The notes: generated by a model from the letters alone, not told the origin. DNA of 64,000 nt from Alphaproteobacteria bacterium (GCA_964291265.2 OZ219747.1:4096001-4160000); one strand, 5' to 3'; shown: positions 40,191 to 51,071, counted from the first letter of the stretch. A program made the numbers and translations.

Positions 40191-40512
40191 GGTCTTTGCT
40201 TCTGGCGCGGACGCCACGGGATGTACTCGATCTTCTCGATGCCCGACCACAGCGAGGCGAAGACGACCGCGCACTGCGCGCATCTCGCCCGGAACTCCGT
40301 GCACGAGGTCGGAGAGCGGGTCGCCGCGAGGACCGAAGGGCTGCTGGAACGGCACTGTCCGCCGACCCGGGCAGCCTCGACAGCGGCCTGTCATGTCCCC
40401 ACAGGCGCACAGCCTGATACGGCGTTTTTCGACAGGCCGCCGCGTTGGCCCTTGATCCCGGATAGCACAATTCGATAGCATTCTGGCTGTTATCGAATTC
40501 GGAGGCGCCAGC

Positions 40513-40770
40513 ATGAGCACAAGCATCGTCGTCCGCGACATCGACCCCGCAGACAAATCCTGGCTGCGGCGCGAGGCCCGGCAGGCCGGGGTGTCGATGG
40601 AAGAACTGGTGCGTCGCCTGATCCGCGATGCGCGCGCGAAGCGCGAACGCCGGCCAAAGCCGTCCGAAGCCTTCGCGCGGTATTTCGGGGAGGAGCACGG
40701 CGTCGAGCTCCCGCCGCCGGCCCGCCTCGGCTACAGGCCGCTGTCGTTCTCAGGAGCGCAGGAGGAATGA
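40513..40770 (+). CDS. FitA-like ribbon-helix-helix antitoxin
   Basis: MSTSIVVRDID...K.WLR.EA...GVSMEE.VR.LI; ATGA overlap with the PIN toxin. Confidence 0.8.
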   Translation: MSTSIVVRDIDPADKSWLRREARQAGVSMEELVRRLIRDARAKRERRPKPSEAFARYFGEEHGVELPPPARLGYRPLSFSGAQEE

Positions 40771-41216
40771 CGGTTCGGCTTGCATGGCTGGTCGACGCGA
40801 ATGCGGTTTCCGAAATGATGCGGCCGCGGCCGGACCCGAAGGTCGCCGCCTTCCTCGATTCCATCGCCGATGAGGGGCTGGGCATCGCTTCCGTCACCGT
40901 CTGGGAGATTCTCAACGGTATCGGCCGGCTCGATCCCGGTCGGCGCCGACGGGAACTCGCCGAACGGTTCCGGGACCTTCTCGACGACCTGTTCGAGGAC
41001 CGTGTTGTGGCGTGGTCTGCGGCGGATGCGCAGGCCTGCGCGCGGATCATGGAGGACAAGCGCCGGCGCGGCGAACCGCTGGACGACCATGTTCCGGACG
41101 CCTTCCTCGCCGCCACAGCGGCCGTGCGCGGCCTTGCCATCGTCACCCGCAACCGGGCGGAATTCCGGAACACCGGCGTGGAGACGGTGGACCCCTGGAC
41201 CGGCCGCCCGTCTTGA
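40767..41216 (+). CDS. vapC: VapC/FitB PIN-domain toxin
   Basis: LVDANAVSE, VTVWEI..G, DAFLAATA, VTRN..EF. Confidence 0.88.
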   Translation: MTVRLAWLVDANAVSEMMRPRPDPKVAAFLDSIADEGLGIASVTVWEILNGIGRLDPGRRRRELAERFRDLLDDLFEDRVVAWSAADAQACARIMEDKRRRGEPLDDHVPDAFLAATAAVRGLAIVTRNRAEFRNTGVETVDPWTGRPS

Positions 41217-41566
41217 GCGTCGCGTCGAACGCCGAACCCTTGCCCTGCACCGGGCAGGTCGCCCGGTTCACGAACGGGCGCGACCCGAATCCCCATGAAG
41301 AGCCCGAACTCGCCGACGTGCTCCCCGACGGGCCACAGCCGTTCCGGCCACGCTCGAACGACGCCGACGCCGCCCTTCGCCGATGTACGGAATCCGGCCA
41401 TCAGTGGTGCGCGCATGGAACAGCTCGGCCATGTCGTCCGTCCGCAGCGGTCGTCGAAAGGTCGACCTTCGGGCTGACGGGAATTGCTGCAACGGTGACG
41501 TCAGCCCTTGACGGCACGAGCAATCGGCAGTTTCAATTGCTGCCAACAAATCGGGGAGAATCCTCC

Positions 41567-43036
41567 ATGAAGAAGGCAACCACCGGACTCGGACTTGTCA
41601 CGGCCCTCGCACTTGCGGCGCCTGCAGGCGCACAGGACTACAGCGGTGTCACCGTCGAGATCCTGACGCGTCCGGGTCCCGTCATTGCACAGCGCCTCGT
41701 CGAACGAGGCGAGGAGTTCACAGCCATGACCGGCGCGGAGATCCGCGTCAACGAGGTTCCGTTTGCGGAGTTGTTCCAGAAAATCCTGACGGACTGGGCG
41801 ACCGGCACGAACTCGATCGATGTCGGTGTCTTCGCGTCCGGCTGGGCGACCGAACTGGTCGACGCCGAACTGGTCGAGCCCCTCGACGGCTACATCGCGA
41901 ATGACGACAAGATCGACATCGACGACATCGCGCCCTACTTCCGCGAATTCAACCAGAAGATCGGTGGCAAAACCTACCTGATCACCGTCGATGGCGACTT
42001 CCAGATGCTCTACTATCGCCGGGACATCCTGGACGAGATGGGCCTGGAGCCGCCGCGCACCTGGGACGAGTACATGACGGTCGCCGGCGCGATGCACGGC
42101 AAGGACCTGAACGGAGACGGTGAAGCCGACTTCGGCTCGTGCATCTTCAAGAAGCGGAATGCGCAGTCGTACTTTGCCATGGGATCCATTGCTGCAGGCT
42201 TCGTGCAGACCAAGGGCACGGGAGAGGGCATCTTCTTCCACAACGACACGATGAAACCCAAGGTCGACAACGAAGCCTGGCAGGAGGCGTTCAGGGTCTA
42301 CAAGGCAACCGGCGAATTCGGCCCGCCCGACGAGTTGAACCACGACATCGGCGACACCCGTGGACTGGTCCAGTCTGGCCGGTGCGGTCTCGCCATAGAC
42401 TGGGGCGACATCGGCCCGCTGTCGATCGACCCGTCCGGAGCCGCGATCAAGGACAAGATGGGCGCCGTGATCATGCCCGGCTCACCCATGGCCCTCAACG
42501 TGGAAACCGGCAAGCTCGAGCCATGCAATGCGACACTCTGCCCGCATGCGATCGACGGCATCAACTACGCTCCGTTTGCCGCATTCGGTGGATGGGCCGG
42601 CGCGATCAACAAGAACTCCGACGCCAAGGTCAAGCAGGCGGCCTACGACTTCCTGTCCTACGTGAACCAGGCCGCTCAGTCGAACGTCGACGTGACCATC
42701 GGCTGGACGGGGTACAATCCCTACAGGAACTCGCAGCTCGAAAATGCCGAGAACTGGATCGAGGCCGGATTCAGCCCTGAATTCGCCGAGAACTATCTTG
42801 GCGCGATCAAGGACAGCCTGAACCATCCGAACATGGCGTCAGACCTCAAGATCCCCGGTGCGCAGCAGTACACCGGCGTGGTCCTCGACCGCGAATTGGC
42901 CCGCTTCCTCGCAGGTGAGATCACGGCAGAGCAGGCAACCAGGAACATCGAGGAAGCCTGGGAGGAAATCACCGAGGACTTCGGCCGCGAAAGCCAGATG
43001 ACCATCTACAATCTGTCGCTCGGCATAACGAACTGA
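41567..43036 (+). CDS. Sugar ABC transporter substrate-binding protein
   Basis: Signal peptide MKKATTGLG..AGA; DGDFQMLYYRRD, PPRTWDEY, AFGGW. Confidence 0.9.
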   Translation: MKKATTGLGLVTALALAAPAGAQDYSGVTVEILTRPGPVIAQRLVERGEEFTAMTGAEIRVNEVPFAELFQKILTDWATGTNSIDVGVFASGWATELVDAELVEPLDGYIANDDKIDIDDIAPYFREFNQKIGGKTYLITVDGDFQMLYYRRDILDEMGLEPPRTWDEYMTVAGAMHGKDLNGDGEADFGSCIFKKRNAQSYFAMGSIAAGFVQTKGTGEGIFFHNDTMKPKVDNEAWQEAFRVYKATGEFGPPDELNHDIGDTRGLVQSGRCGLAIDWGDIGPLSIDPSGAAIKDKMGAVIMPGSPMALNVETGKLEPCNATLCPHAIDGINYAPFAAFGGWAGAINKNSDAKVKQAAYDFLSYVNQAAQSNVDVTIGWTGYNPYRNSQLENAENWIEAGFSPEFAENYLGAIKDSLNHPNMASDLKIPGAQQYTGVVLDRELARFLAGEITAEQATRNIEEAWEEITEDFGRESQMTIYNLSLGITN

Positions 43037-44194
43037 GTGTTGACCGGTTCGGAAGAATCCGTGCGGCCCGGGCCCCCTCGGGCCGCACCTTCCTCAGGCG
43101 CGCGCGAGCGGCTGTCCGACTGGATCGACCGCCGCTCGGCGCAGGTCTTCATCTGGCCGGCGGTCATCATGATCCTGGTCTTCTCGATCTTCCCGCTCGT
43201 GGCCTCCCTCATCATGGCCTTGAGCCGCATCCGATTCAGGGGCGGCACCTACAAGGTCCGCTTCGTCTGGTTCCAGAACTTCGAGAAGCAGCTCTTCGGA
43301 TCCGAACAGTTTCACTTCCTCGGAACCTTCAACGGCCTTGGGCTCATGGGCTGGGCTGTCGGCCTGGCAGTCACGCTCCTGATCGCCTGGCTCGCCATCC
43401 GCTATCTGCGCGGATCGGTCACGGCGGTCGGGCTGGTCGGCCGCCTCTTCACCTGGGGGTTGAGCCTGGGCCTGGGGTGGCTCTTTGCGACGACGCTGTT
43501 TTCGGGCCATCCATTCGGCACACTTGGTACGACGCTGTTCTATGTCTTTGTCGGCTGCGGCATTCAATTCGTGATCGGCCTGGCGCTGGCCTTTCTGTGC
43601 TCGCTGCCGATTCGGGGAAGAACCTTCTTTCGCGTGGTCTTCTTCATCCCGCTCATGATCACCCCAATCGGCGTCGGTTATGCGTTCCGCATGATGGCGG
43701 ACACGACCAAGGGGCCCTTCTCGCCCGTCTGGCAATGGGCCGGCCTTGGCGATTTCGCCTGGGCGGCGGATGCCTGGGCCGCGCGTTTCTTCATCGTCAT
43801 AGGTGACAGCTGGCAGTGGATTCCCTTCATATTCGTCGTCATGCTCGCCGCTCTCGAAAGCGTGCCGCGCGACTATGTCGAGGCGGCACAGGTCGACGGG
43901 GCCACATCGTGGGAAATCTTCAAGGACATTACTTGGCCGCAAGTCGTTCCCGTCGCCGCAACGGTCCTGCTGATCAGGGTGATCGAGGCATTCAAGATCG
44001 TGGATCTGCCGAACATCATGACTGCGGGAGGACCGGGCATAGCAACCGAATCCATGACGCTTCACGCGCTCTTCGCCTGGCGCTCGCTTGATCTGGGCCA
44101 GTCGGCAGCCGTGGCATATCTCCTGCTCTTCGTGACGGTCGTGACCTGCGTTTCATTCTTCAATCTCGTTGTCCTGAAGAGGGTGCGGGCGTGA
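43037..44194 (+). CDS. Sugar ABC transporter permease
   Basis: EAAQVDGA motif, DSWQWIPF, GGPGIATE. Confidence 0.9.
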   Translation: MLTGSEESVRPGPPRAAPSSGARERLSDWIDRRSAQVFIWPAVIMILVFSIFPLVASLIMALSRIRFRGGTYKVRFVWFQNFEKQLFGSEQFHFLGTFNGLGLMGWAVGLAVTLLIAWLAIRYLRGSVTAVGLVGRLFTWGLSLGLGWLFATTLFSGHPFGTLGTTLFYVFVGCGIQFVIGLALAFLCSLPIRGRTFFRVVFFIPLMITPIGVGYAFRMMADTTKGPFSPVWQWAGLGDFAWAADAWAARFFIVIGDSWQWIPFIFVVMLAALESVPRDYVEAAQVDGATSWEIFKDITWPQVVPVAATVLLIRVIEAFKIVDLPNIMTAGGPGIATESMTLHALFAWRSLDLGQSAAVAYLLLFVTVVTCVSFFNLVVLKRVRA

Positions 44195-45237
44195 ACAGGA
44201 ATGCACTGCGATGGCTCTTCGAGCCGATCTCCATCCGGCACATGGCGCCGGGAACGAAGGTGATCGTCTACGCGATACTGGCGTCCTGGACGGCATTCGT
44301 GCTGTTCCCGATCTACTGGGTGCTCATCACGTCCTTCAAGGACGCGATCGACGTCAATGCCGGACCTGTGTATCTGCCGTTCGTTGATTTCCAGCCAAGC
44401 CTGCATGCCTGGAAGGAACTGTTCGTCTTCGACTTCAAGGACACGCTCAGCGCCTACATGAACTCGCTGACGATTGCGCTCTCCGCCACTGCAGCGAGCG
44501 TCATCATCGGCTCCATGGCGTCCTACGCGCTGGCCCGCTTCGAGTATCAGCCGCGATTCGGCGTCGTGTTCATGTTCGTCCTTGTCATGATCGGCGCGTT
44601 TGTCGCGGTCGGCCGCTACGCTGTCGACTGGCGGCTGGCCTGTGCGGCGGGCGTCGCCGTCTTCTACTTTCTTGCCCGGGCGCTCGGGCGTCATTTCAAG
44701 GCGCGACTTGGCAACGGCGATATCCTCTTCTGGATGATCTCGCAGAGAATCCTGGCGCCGATCGTGGTTGTCGTGCCCATCTACATGATGTTCCAGCAGG
44801 TCTCGCTTCTCGACACCCATATCGCGATCATCCTGACCTACACGGTCATCAACCTGCCTATTGTCATCTGGCTGATGTACGATTTCTTCACGTCCATTCC
44901 CGTCGACCTGGAGGAATGCGCGCAGCTCGATGGGGCGACCCGGTTCGGCGTCTTCCGGGACATCGTGCTGCCGCTGTCGCGGTCCGGCCTTGCCGCCACC
45001 ACGCTCCTCGTCATGATCCTGAGCTGGAACGAGTATCTTCTCGCACTCTTCCTTTCAACGTCCCGCGCACAGACCATGCCCATCCTCGTGGCCGCCATGA
45101 ACGCGGGCGAGCGCGGCATTCTCTGGTGGTCGATGTCGGTCGTCATCATCGTCATGATCATCCCGGTCGTGATCCTCGCGATCATCCTTCAACGCTACAT
45201 CTCCAGGGGCCTCCTGCTGGGGGCAGTCAAGGGATAG
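44191..45237 (+). CDS. Sugar ABC transporter permease
   Basis: IP.DLEECAQLDGA, WNEYL, GAVKG end. Confidence 0.9.
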   Translation: MNRNALRWLFEPISIRHMAPGTKVIVYAILASWTAFVLFPIYWVLITSFKDAIDVNAGPVYLPFVDFQPSLHAWKELFVFDFKDTLSAYMNSLTIALSATAASVIIGSMASYALARFEYQPRFGVVFMFVLVMIGAFVAVGRYAVDWRLACAAGVAVFYFLARALGRHFKARLGNGDILFWMISQRILAPIVVVVPIYMMFQQVSLLDTHIAIILTYTVINLPIVIWLMYDFFTSIPVDLEECAQLDGATRFGVFRDIVLPLSRSGLAATTLLVMILSWNEYLLALFLSTSRAQTMPILVAAMNAGERGILWWSMSVVIIVMIIPVVILAIILQRYISRGLLLGAVKG

Positions 45238-45241
45238 GACC

Positions 45242-46297
45242 ATGACTGTTGTCCTTGATGCCGTCTCGAAGTCTTTCGCGAGCGTGAAGGTCCTGCACGA
45301 ACTGTCGCTCGAGGTGCGGGATGGAGAGTTCCTGGTCCTGCTCGGCGCGTCGGGCTCCGGGAAGTCGACGGCGCTCAGGATGATCGCGGGACTGGAAACC
45401 GTGAGCGAAGGCCGCATCTTGATTTCGGGACGGGACGTGACGGATGAGCTGCCGAAGAACCGCGACGTCGCCATGGTGTTCCAGTCATACGCGCTCTATC
45501 CCCACAAGACCGTGGCCGAGAACATCGGCTACCCTCTCAAGATCCGGCGCATGAACCGCACCGACATCGGGAGCCAGGTTCGCGAGGTGGCGGCACAGGT
45601 TCGCATCGACGAACTGCTCGAACGATACCCCCGCGAGCTCTCCGGCGGGCAGCGGCAACGCGTGGCACTTGCGCGCGCCATGGTGCGACGGCCTTCGGTC
45701 TTCCTCATGGACGAACCATTGTCGAATCTCGACGCACAGTTGCGCGGCCACATGCGCGCCGAACTCAAGCACATGCAGCACGAACTCGGCATCACCACGA
45801 TCTACGTCACCCACGATCAGATCGAAGCCATGACGCTTGCACATCGCGTTGCCCTTCTCGAAGGCGGACGGCTCCAGCAACTGGCCGCACCGAAGACGAT
45901 CTACGATGATCCGGAAAACCTCTTTGTCGCCCAGTTCATCGGCTCGCCACCAATGAACGTGGTCCACGGAACACTGGATGCAGGCACGTTCGTGATCGGC
46001 GAGGACCGCGTTGCCACAGGGGGGACGGAATCCGTAGCCAACGCCGTGATCGGCCTGCGGGCCGAGGACTGCCAGGTCGTGACCCCGGAAGACGGCGCGA
46101 TCCGCGCCCAGCTCTTTGCGAACGAACTGATCGGAGACCACACGCTGGTCACCGCCAAGATCGGCAACGACATGGTCTCCATCAAGGCACCGAAGGAGTT
46201 CGAAGCGGGGTTTGACGAGGCGATCGGAATCTCCTTCGAGACGGACAAGCTCTATCTCTTCGACAGGGATACAGGGGCACGCATCCGACGATCTTGA
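45242..46297 (+). CDS. Sugar ABC transporter ATP-binding protein
   Basis: GASGSGKS, LSGGQRQR, DEPLSNLDA, VTHDQ. Confidence 0.93.
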   Translation: MTVVLDAVSKSFASVKVLHELSLEVRDGEFLVLLGASGSGKSTALRMIAGLETVSEGRILISGRDVTDELPKNRDVAMVFQSYALYPHKTVAENIGYPLKIRRMNRTDIGSQVREVAAQVRIDELLERYPRELSGGQRQRVALARAMVRRPSVFLMDEPLSNLDAQLRGHMRAELKHMQHELGITTIYVTHDQIEAMTLAHRVALLEGGRLQQLAAPKTIYDDPENLFVAQFIGSPPMNVVHGTLDAGTFVIGEDRVATGGTESVANAVIGLRAEDCQVVTPEDGAIRAQLFANELIGDHTLVTAKIGNDMVSIKAPKEFEAGFDEAIGISFETDKLYLFDRDTGARIRRS

Positions 46298-46350
46298 CCG
46301 CCTCTGCAACGGGGTGCAGGGTCGTTGACAAGTTGCGTGGAGCGTTGCCG

Positions 46351-47952
46351 ATGTCGTCTGCAACCGGTTACGATTTTGTCATTGTCGGCGGTGGATCCGC
46401 AGGTTGCGTGCTGGCGGCCAGGCTCTCCGAGCTTGAAGACTGTCGTGTCTGCCTGATCGAGGCCGGCGGACGGGACTGGCACCCGCTCTATCACGTTCCC
46501 GCCGGCTTCGCGAGGATGACCAAGGGCATCGGAAGCTGGGGCTGGTCGACGGTGCCCCAGAAACACCTGGGCGGCAGATCCCTCGTCTACACCCAGGCGA
46601 AGGTCATCGGTGGCGGCTCCACGATCAACGCCCAGGTCTATACCCGCGGCAACGCGCTCGACTATGACGAATGGCGCCAGCTCGGCTGTGACGGATGGAG
46701 TTATGAGGATGTCCTGCCCTATTTTCGCAAGGCGGAGCGCAACGACACGCATGACGACTGTTATCACGGGACGGAAGGCCCCTTGGGGGTGTCGCGTCCA
46801 GCCGCAGCGCTGCCCATTTGTGACGCATTCCTGGAATCTGCCGAAACCTTGGGCATTCCCCGCAATCCCGACCTCGCCGGCGAACACCAGGAAGGCGTGG
46901 GCTACTACCAGCTTACCCAGTCGAATGCCCGTCGCTCGTCCGCGGCGATCGCCTATCTGCGGCCGGCCCTGAAGCGCCCGAATCTCGACTTGCGACTGAA
47001 CGCCCAGGTCCTGCGACTGGAGACCGACAGGGGCCGGGTGAGCGGAGTCGTCGTTGCCGACGGTACGAACGAACGGGTCATTCGCCCGGACACCGAAGTC
47101 GTCGTGTCCTCAGGTGCGATAGGTTCGCCGAAGCTCTTGATGCTCTCGGGCATAGGTCCGGCGGACCACCTGCGCTCGCACGGCGTGACGGTTGCTTGCG
47201 ACCATCCCGGCGTGGGGTCGAATCTGCAGGATCACCTGGACTTCTGCACGATTGCCGAATGCACCGGCGAACATACGTACGACAAGTACGCCCGCCCGTT
47301 CTGGTCCGCGGTTGCCGGCATGCGCTACCTGCTCACGCGTCGGGGACCGGTCGCTTCAAGCCTCTTCGAGACCGGCGGCTTCTGGTATGTCGAGGAAGGA
47401 GCGAGATCGCCTGACATCCAGTTCCATCTCGGCCTCGGATCCGGAATCGAGGCCGGCATCGCACGAATGGAGAAGGACGGTCTCACTCTCAATTCGGCCT
47501 ACATGCGGCCGCGCTCGCGCGGCACCGTCAGGCTGGCGACGACAGACCCGGCCGACCCGCCGCTCATCGATCCGAACTACTGGTCCGACACACATGACCG
47601 CGACATGGCGGTTCGGGGCCTGAAACTCGCACAGAGAATCCTCGCCGCAGCGCCCCTTGCACCCTATGTCAGCCGTGAAGTCCTGCCGGGACCGGACGTC
47701 AGGACAGACGACGACTACTTCGCCTACGCTGCCGCCATGGCGAAGACCGACCACCATCCATCGGGCACGTGCAGAATGGGATCGGACCCGGATGCCGTCG
47801 TCACTCCGCGCCTGAGTCTGAACGGCATCGACGGCCTGCGTGTCGTCGATGCCTCGATCATGCCGCGACTGATTTCCTCGAACACGAATGCGGCAACGAT
47901 CATGATCGCGGAAAAGGCCGCCGACATGATCAAGGCCGATCACGCGGGCTGA
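46351..47952 (+). CDS. GMC-family oxidoreductase (sorbose/choline dehydrogenase-like)
   Basis: YDFVIVGGGSAG, IGGGSTIN, HPSGTCRMG, SNTNAATIMIAEK. Confidence 0.92.
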   Translation: MSSATGYDFVIVGGGSAGCVLAARLSELEDCRVCLIEAGGRDWHPLYHVPAGFARMTKGIGSWGWSTVPQKHLGGRSLVYTQAKVIGGGSTINAQVYTRGNALDYDEWRQLGCDGWSYEDVLPYFRKAERNDTHDDCYHGTEGPLGVSRPAAALPICDAFLESAETLGIPRNPDLAGEHQEGVGYYQLTQSNARRSSAAIAYLRPALKRPNLDLRLNAQVLRLETDRGRVSGVVVADGTNERVIRPDTEVVVSSGAIGSPKLLMLSGIGPADHLRSHGVTVACDHPGVGSNLQDHLDFCTIAECTGEHTYDKYARPFWSAVAGMRYLLTRRGPVASSLFETGGFWYVEEGARSPDIQFHLGLGSGIEAGIARMEKDGLTLNSAYMRPRSRGTVRLATTDPADPPLIDPNYWSDTHDRDMAVRGLKLAQRILAAAPLAPYVSREVLPGPDVRTDDDYFAYAAAMAKTDHHPSGTCRMGSDPDAVVTPRLSLNGIDGLRVVDASIMPRLISSNTNAATIMIAEKAADMIKADHAG

Positions 47953-48379
47953 AACGCGGCGAATGCGCTTCCCGCGCGTTGCAGGCGGCCCCGGCACAAG
48001 AGTAAGGCCGGCACGGATCGATCCGGCCTGCGGAACGGCGTCGAACGGGCCTCGGTGCCAATGCACCGACAACTCCGCCACGTCTCCGGTCTTCCCCTTG
48101 CCCACAAATTTCGCTCCAAGACCCCGCGCCACAAGCCGGGAGCGCGCCGCCTGACGGCGCAACAGGACAGCTCTGCTCGAACACTCGAAAAAGCGTGCCC
48201 GGTGAGCCCTGATGCACCGGAAGCGGCCATTGAAACCGACACCAGTGAACCCGGGGCGCCTCAACATTGAGAGTCATCTGGGGGGCGGAGCGCTGATGAA
48301 GCGCAACATGGGCGGCAGCGGCCTCGTCCGATCCGGGTCGCCGACACGATCGACAGCGCGCTGTCAGCAGGCAGAGTGC

Positions 48380-48634
48380 CGGGGGGGGGTGCGCGGTGGT
48401 CTCGCCGACACAGCGCCAGCCGGCCGCCAGGAAGCAACTGCCCCGATACTCCGGTACGACAAAGATCAAGGGCCAGAACCGGACGGATGCCATAGGCCGG
48501 CGCGAAGTCCCCACCTAAGCGCCGGGCCACCATGCTGATGTCGGGGTTTCGCGGTGTTCTCGCCCAAGATGCCATCCCGGCGCACCACAGCAACTCGTTG
48601 CCGATACCGGCTCATCTTCACGCAGACGGACGAC
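48380..48634 (-). pseudogene. Degraded DUF4338 fragment, target of the IS21 insertion
   Basis: SMVARRLGGDFAPAYGIRPVL and, in another frame, FVVPEYRGSCFLAAGWRCVGETT. Confidence 0.6.
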
Positions 48635-49006
48635 TGTCGGCGGCGATTTAGAACGGCGGGATATTGGCGGAGAACCGCTCTTTTGGGCGCTGATCGTGTG
48701 AGTGGGTGACCACGACAGGAGAACGTGCGGCATTGGACGAAGGTCCGCCCGGTCTTTGTTTTCTGCCTATTGTTGGATCCCATTGGTCTTGCATTGACGT
48801 TGACGATGTCGTTCCGGTCGGCGTTCTGGCGTTCGGCGTTTGTGGAACGTGATGTGGGAGGGGAGCTTCAGGCTTTTGCGCGTGGTTTCGTTCTGGCGTT
48901 CTCCGTCCTCGTCGTGGTTCGTCGGGCGGGACGATCTCGAGGCTGGAGAGCTGACGGTTTCTGTTGCGCTGGGCGAAGAGGCTGCGTGCGTTGCGGTTGC
49001 GGCGGC

Positions 49007-49745
49007 GCAGGGTGCGGCAGGCGTCGAGTGTTTTCGGGCGGATGCTGCGACCTGTGAGCCAGTCCGGCGGCGGATCGGGCGTTGCTGCGGCTCAGCGGCT
49101 GCGGCAGTCTCGTGATGTGGTGTCGTTTGGACGGCCCGGGGGTTTCCCGGGGAGGCTGAGAGGCGCGTCGGGGTGAGACGTTCTCATTCCTGGATGGTAA
49201 CGCGTGACCGCGTTCAAGGGTCTTGCGAGATTACGTGTCCCTTCCGTAGCCGCGTGGCGGTTCGATGTCCTCGAGGGCCTCGATGTCGGCATCGGCGACG
49301 ATCTGCAGGCGTTCTCCGTAAGGCGTGTCACGGAGGGTTTCGGGGATGCTGTCGAGGCGGTCACGCCATTCGTCCTGCAGGGTGCGGCAGGCGTCGAGTG
49401 TTTTCGGGCGGATGCTGCGACCTGTGAGCCAGTCCGCGTTGGATCGGGCGTCGCTGCGGCTCAGAGGCTGCGGCAGTCTCGTGATGCGGTGTCGTTTGGA
49501 CGGTCCGGGTGTTTCCCGGGGAAGCTGAGAGGCGCGTCGGGATGAGACGTTCTCATTCCTGGATGGTAACGCGTGACCGCGTTCAAGGGTCTTGCGGGAT
49601 CACGTATCCCTTCCGTAGCCGCGTGGCGGTTCGATGTCCTCGAGGGCCTCGATGTCGGCATCGGCGACGCTCTGCAGGCGTTCTCCGTAAGGCGTGTCAC
49701 GGAGGCTTTCGGGGATGCTGTCGAGGCGGTCACGCCATTCGTCCT
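49007..49745. repeat. Two ~370-bp tandem units (degenerate Toprim piece + palindromic spacer + 3' half of small ORF)
   Basis: Units begin with GCAGGG at 49007 and 49377; same structure at 51446 and 51816 (last unit has a ~23-bp deletion). Confidence 0.88.
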
Positions 49746-49920
49746 GCAGGGAGCGCAGTTCGGCCACGGCGTCGTTCCAGCGTTGCGGTCGCGAGCGCCG
49801 GTCACGGTGCTTTGGGGTGTGGACGGGAGGGATGCCGGCCTTGCGCCGTTCCCGGTATCGCCGCTGCTTTTCGGCGGGCGTGAGGGGCATGAGTGGTCTC
49901 CTTGTGACGGACGTGGTCAT
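49600..49920 (-). CDS. Small hypothetical protein, copy 1 (106 aa)
   Basis: LTPAEKQRRYRERR..RSRPQRWNDAVAEL..LQDEW..LDSIPESL..IEPPRGYGRD; ATGA overlap with the Toprim gene. Confidence 0.7.
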   Translation of the reverse strand: MTTSVTRRPLMPLTPAEKQRRYRERRKAGIPPVHTPKHRDRRSRPQRWNDAVAELRSLQDEWRDRLDSIPESLRDTPYGERLQSVADADIEALEDIEPPRGYGRDT

Positions 49921-50810
49921 GATCTCGCTTGTGGTTCTTTGGTCCTGGCGTTGACGACGTCGTTCCAGTCGGCGTTTTCCGGCGGTCTGCGTCTGTGGAA
50001 CGAGACGTGGGAGGGGAGCTTCATCTTTTTGCGCAGGGTTTCGGCCTGTCGCTCTCCGGCCTCGTCGTGGTCCTGGGCGAGGACGATGGTCCTGACGTTG
50101 GGCAGGCTGCTTGCGGCGAGGCTGATCTGTTCGTGCTGTCTTCGCGAGGGTGCCCCGGCGGTGGAGAGGAAGGCGTGGCTGGGGGGACATTGGTCGATCT
50201 GGGCCAGGCTGAGGGCGTCGACGGCGCTTTCGGTGATGACGAGGGCCTCGAGGTCCGCGGCGGTTCCGGCGCGGACGGCGAACAGGCTTCGGGTTCCACC
50301 GGTGGCGAAGCGTTTCGGTCCGTCGGGGGGACCGATCTCGAAGCCGGTGAGCTTTCGCTTCCTGTTGCGATGGGCGAAGAGGACGCGTCCGTTGTGGTCG
50401 CGGCGGACCAGGGGGCGGCAGGTGTCGAGGGTCTCCGGGAGGATGCCGCGCCCGGTGAGCCAGTCCGGGGCCGCATCGGGCGTTGCCGCGGCCCAGAGGC
50501 TGCGGAAGTCGCGTGGCGCGGTGTCGGGTGCTGTGAAGCGGGTGCAGATGTCGGCGAAGGCCAGTCCGCGGTTGAGCATGAAGTCGATGACGGTTCCGTT
50601 GTCTTCATCGTTCTGGGTGTTGAAGTAGACCCAGTGTCCGTTGTTGAGGCACTTCGTGACGAGCTTCGGCAGGCCGGGTGCGCACAGGACGGGGTTGGCG
50701 CGTGTCGAGGCCTGTTCGTCGCGGACGTATCCCCAGTCGGCGGCGATGCGTTCGAACGGCATGCGCTTGACGGCGTCGAAGTCGACGCGGCGGGGTTTAT
50801 CGGGTTTCAC
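49917..50810 (-). CDS. DUF3991/Toprim-domain primase-like protein, copy 1
   Basis: D.GTVIDF, WLTGRGI, TGFE, ITESAVDALS, STAG, AQDHDEAG, DWND. Confidence 0.8.
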   Translation of the reverse strand: MKPDKPRRVDFDAVKRMPFERIAADWGYVRDEQASTRANPVLCAPGLPKLVTKCLNNGHWVYFNTQNDEDNGTVIDFMLNRGLAFADICTRFTAPDTAPRDFRSLWAAATPDAAPDWLTGRGILPETLDTCRPLVRRDHNGRVLFAHRNRKRKLTGFEIGPPDGPKRFATGGTRSLFAVRAGTAADLEALVITESAVDALSLAQIDQCPPSHAFLSTAGAPSRRQHEQISLAASSLPNVRTIVLAQDHDEAGERQAETLRKKMKLPSHVSFHRRRPPENADWNDVVNARTKEPQARS

Positions 50811-51071
50811 GCCTGAGCCGCCAGGAGTCGCTGTCGATGGAGATGAGGGTTGCGTCGTGCATGAGCCGGTCGACGGTGCCGGCGATGCCGGAGGCGCTGG
50901 GGAAGACGCGGTCCCACTGGGCGAAGGCGAGGCTTGTCGTGACCATGGTCGAGCGGCGCTGATAGCGCCGCGAGACGATGGCGTAGAGGATGTCGGCATG
51001 GTGGCTTTCGAGGGTCACGTAGCCGATTTCGTCGAGGATGAGCAGGCGGGGCCTGGCGAGGATCGCGAGGC
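50797..51071 (-). pseudogene. 3' fragment of istB, truncated by the second transposon end
   Basis: Matches 53213-53487 (LILDEIGY..VDRLMH..SWR). Confidence 0.88.
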
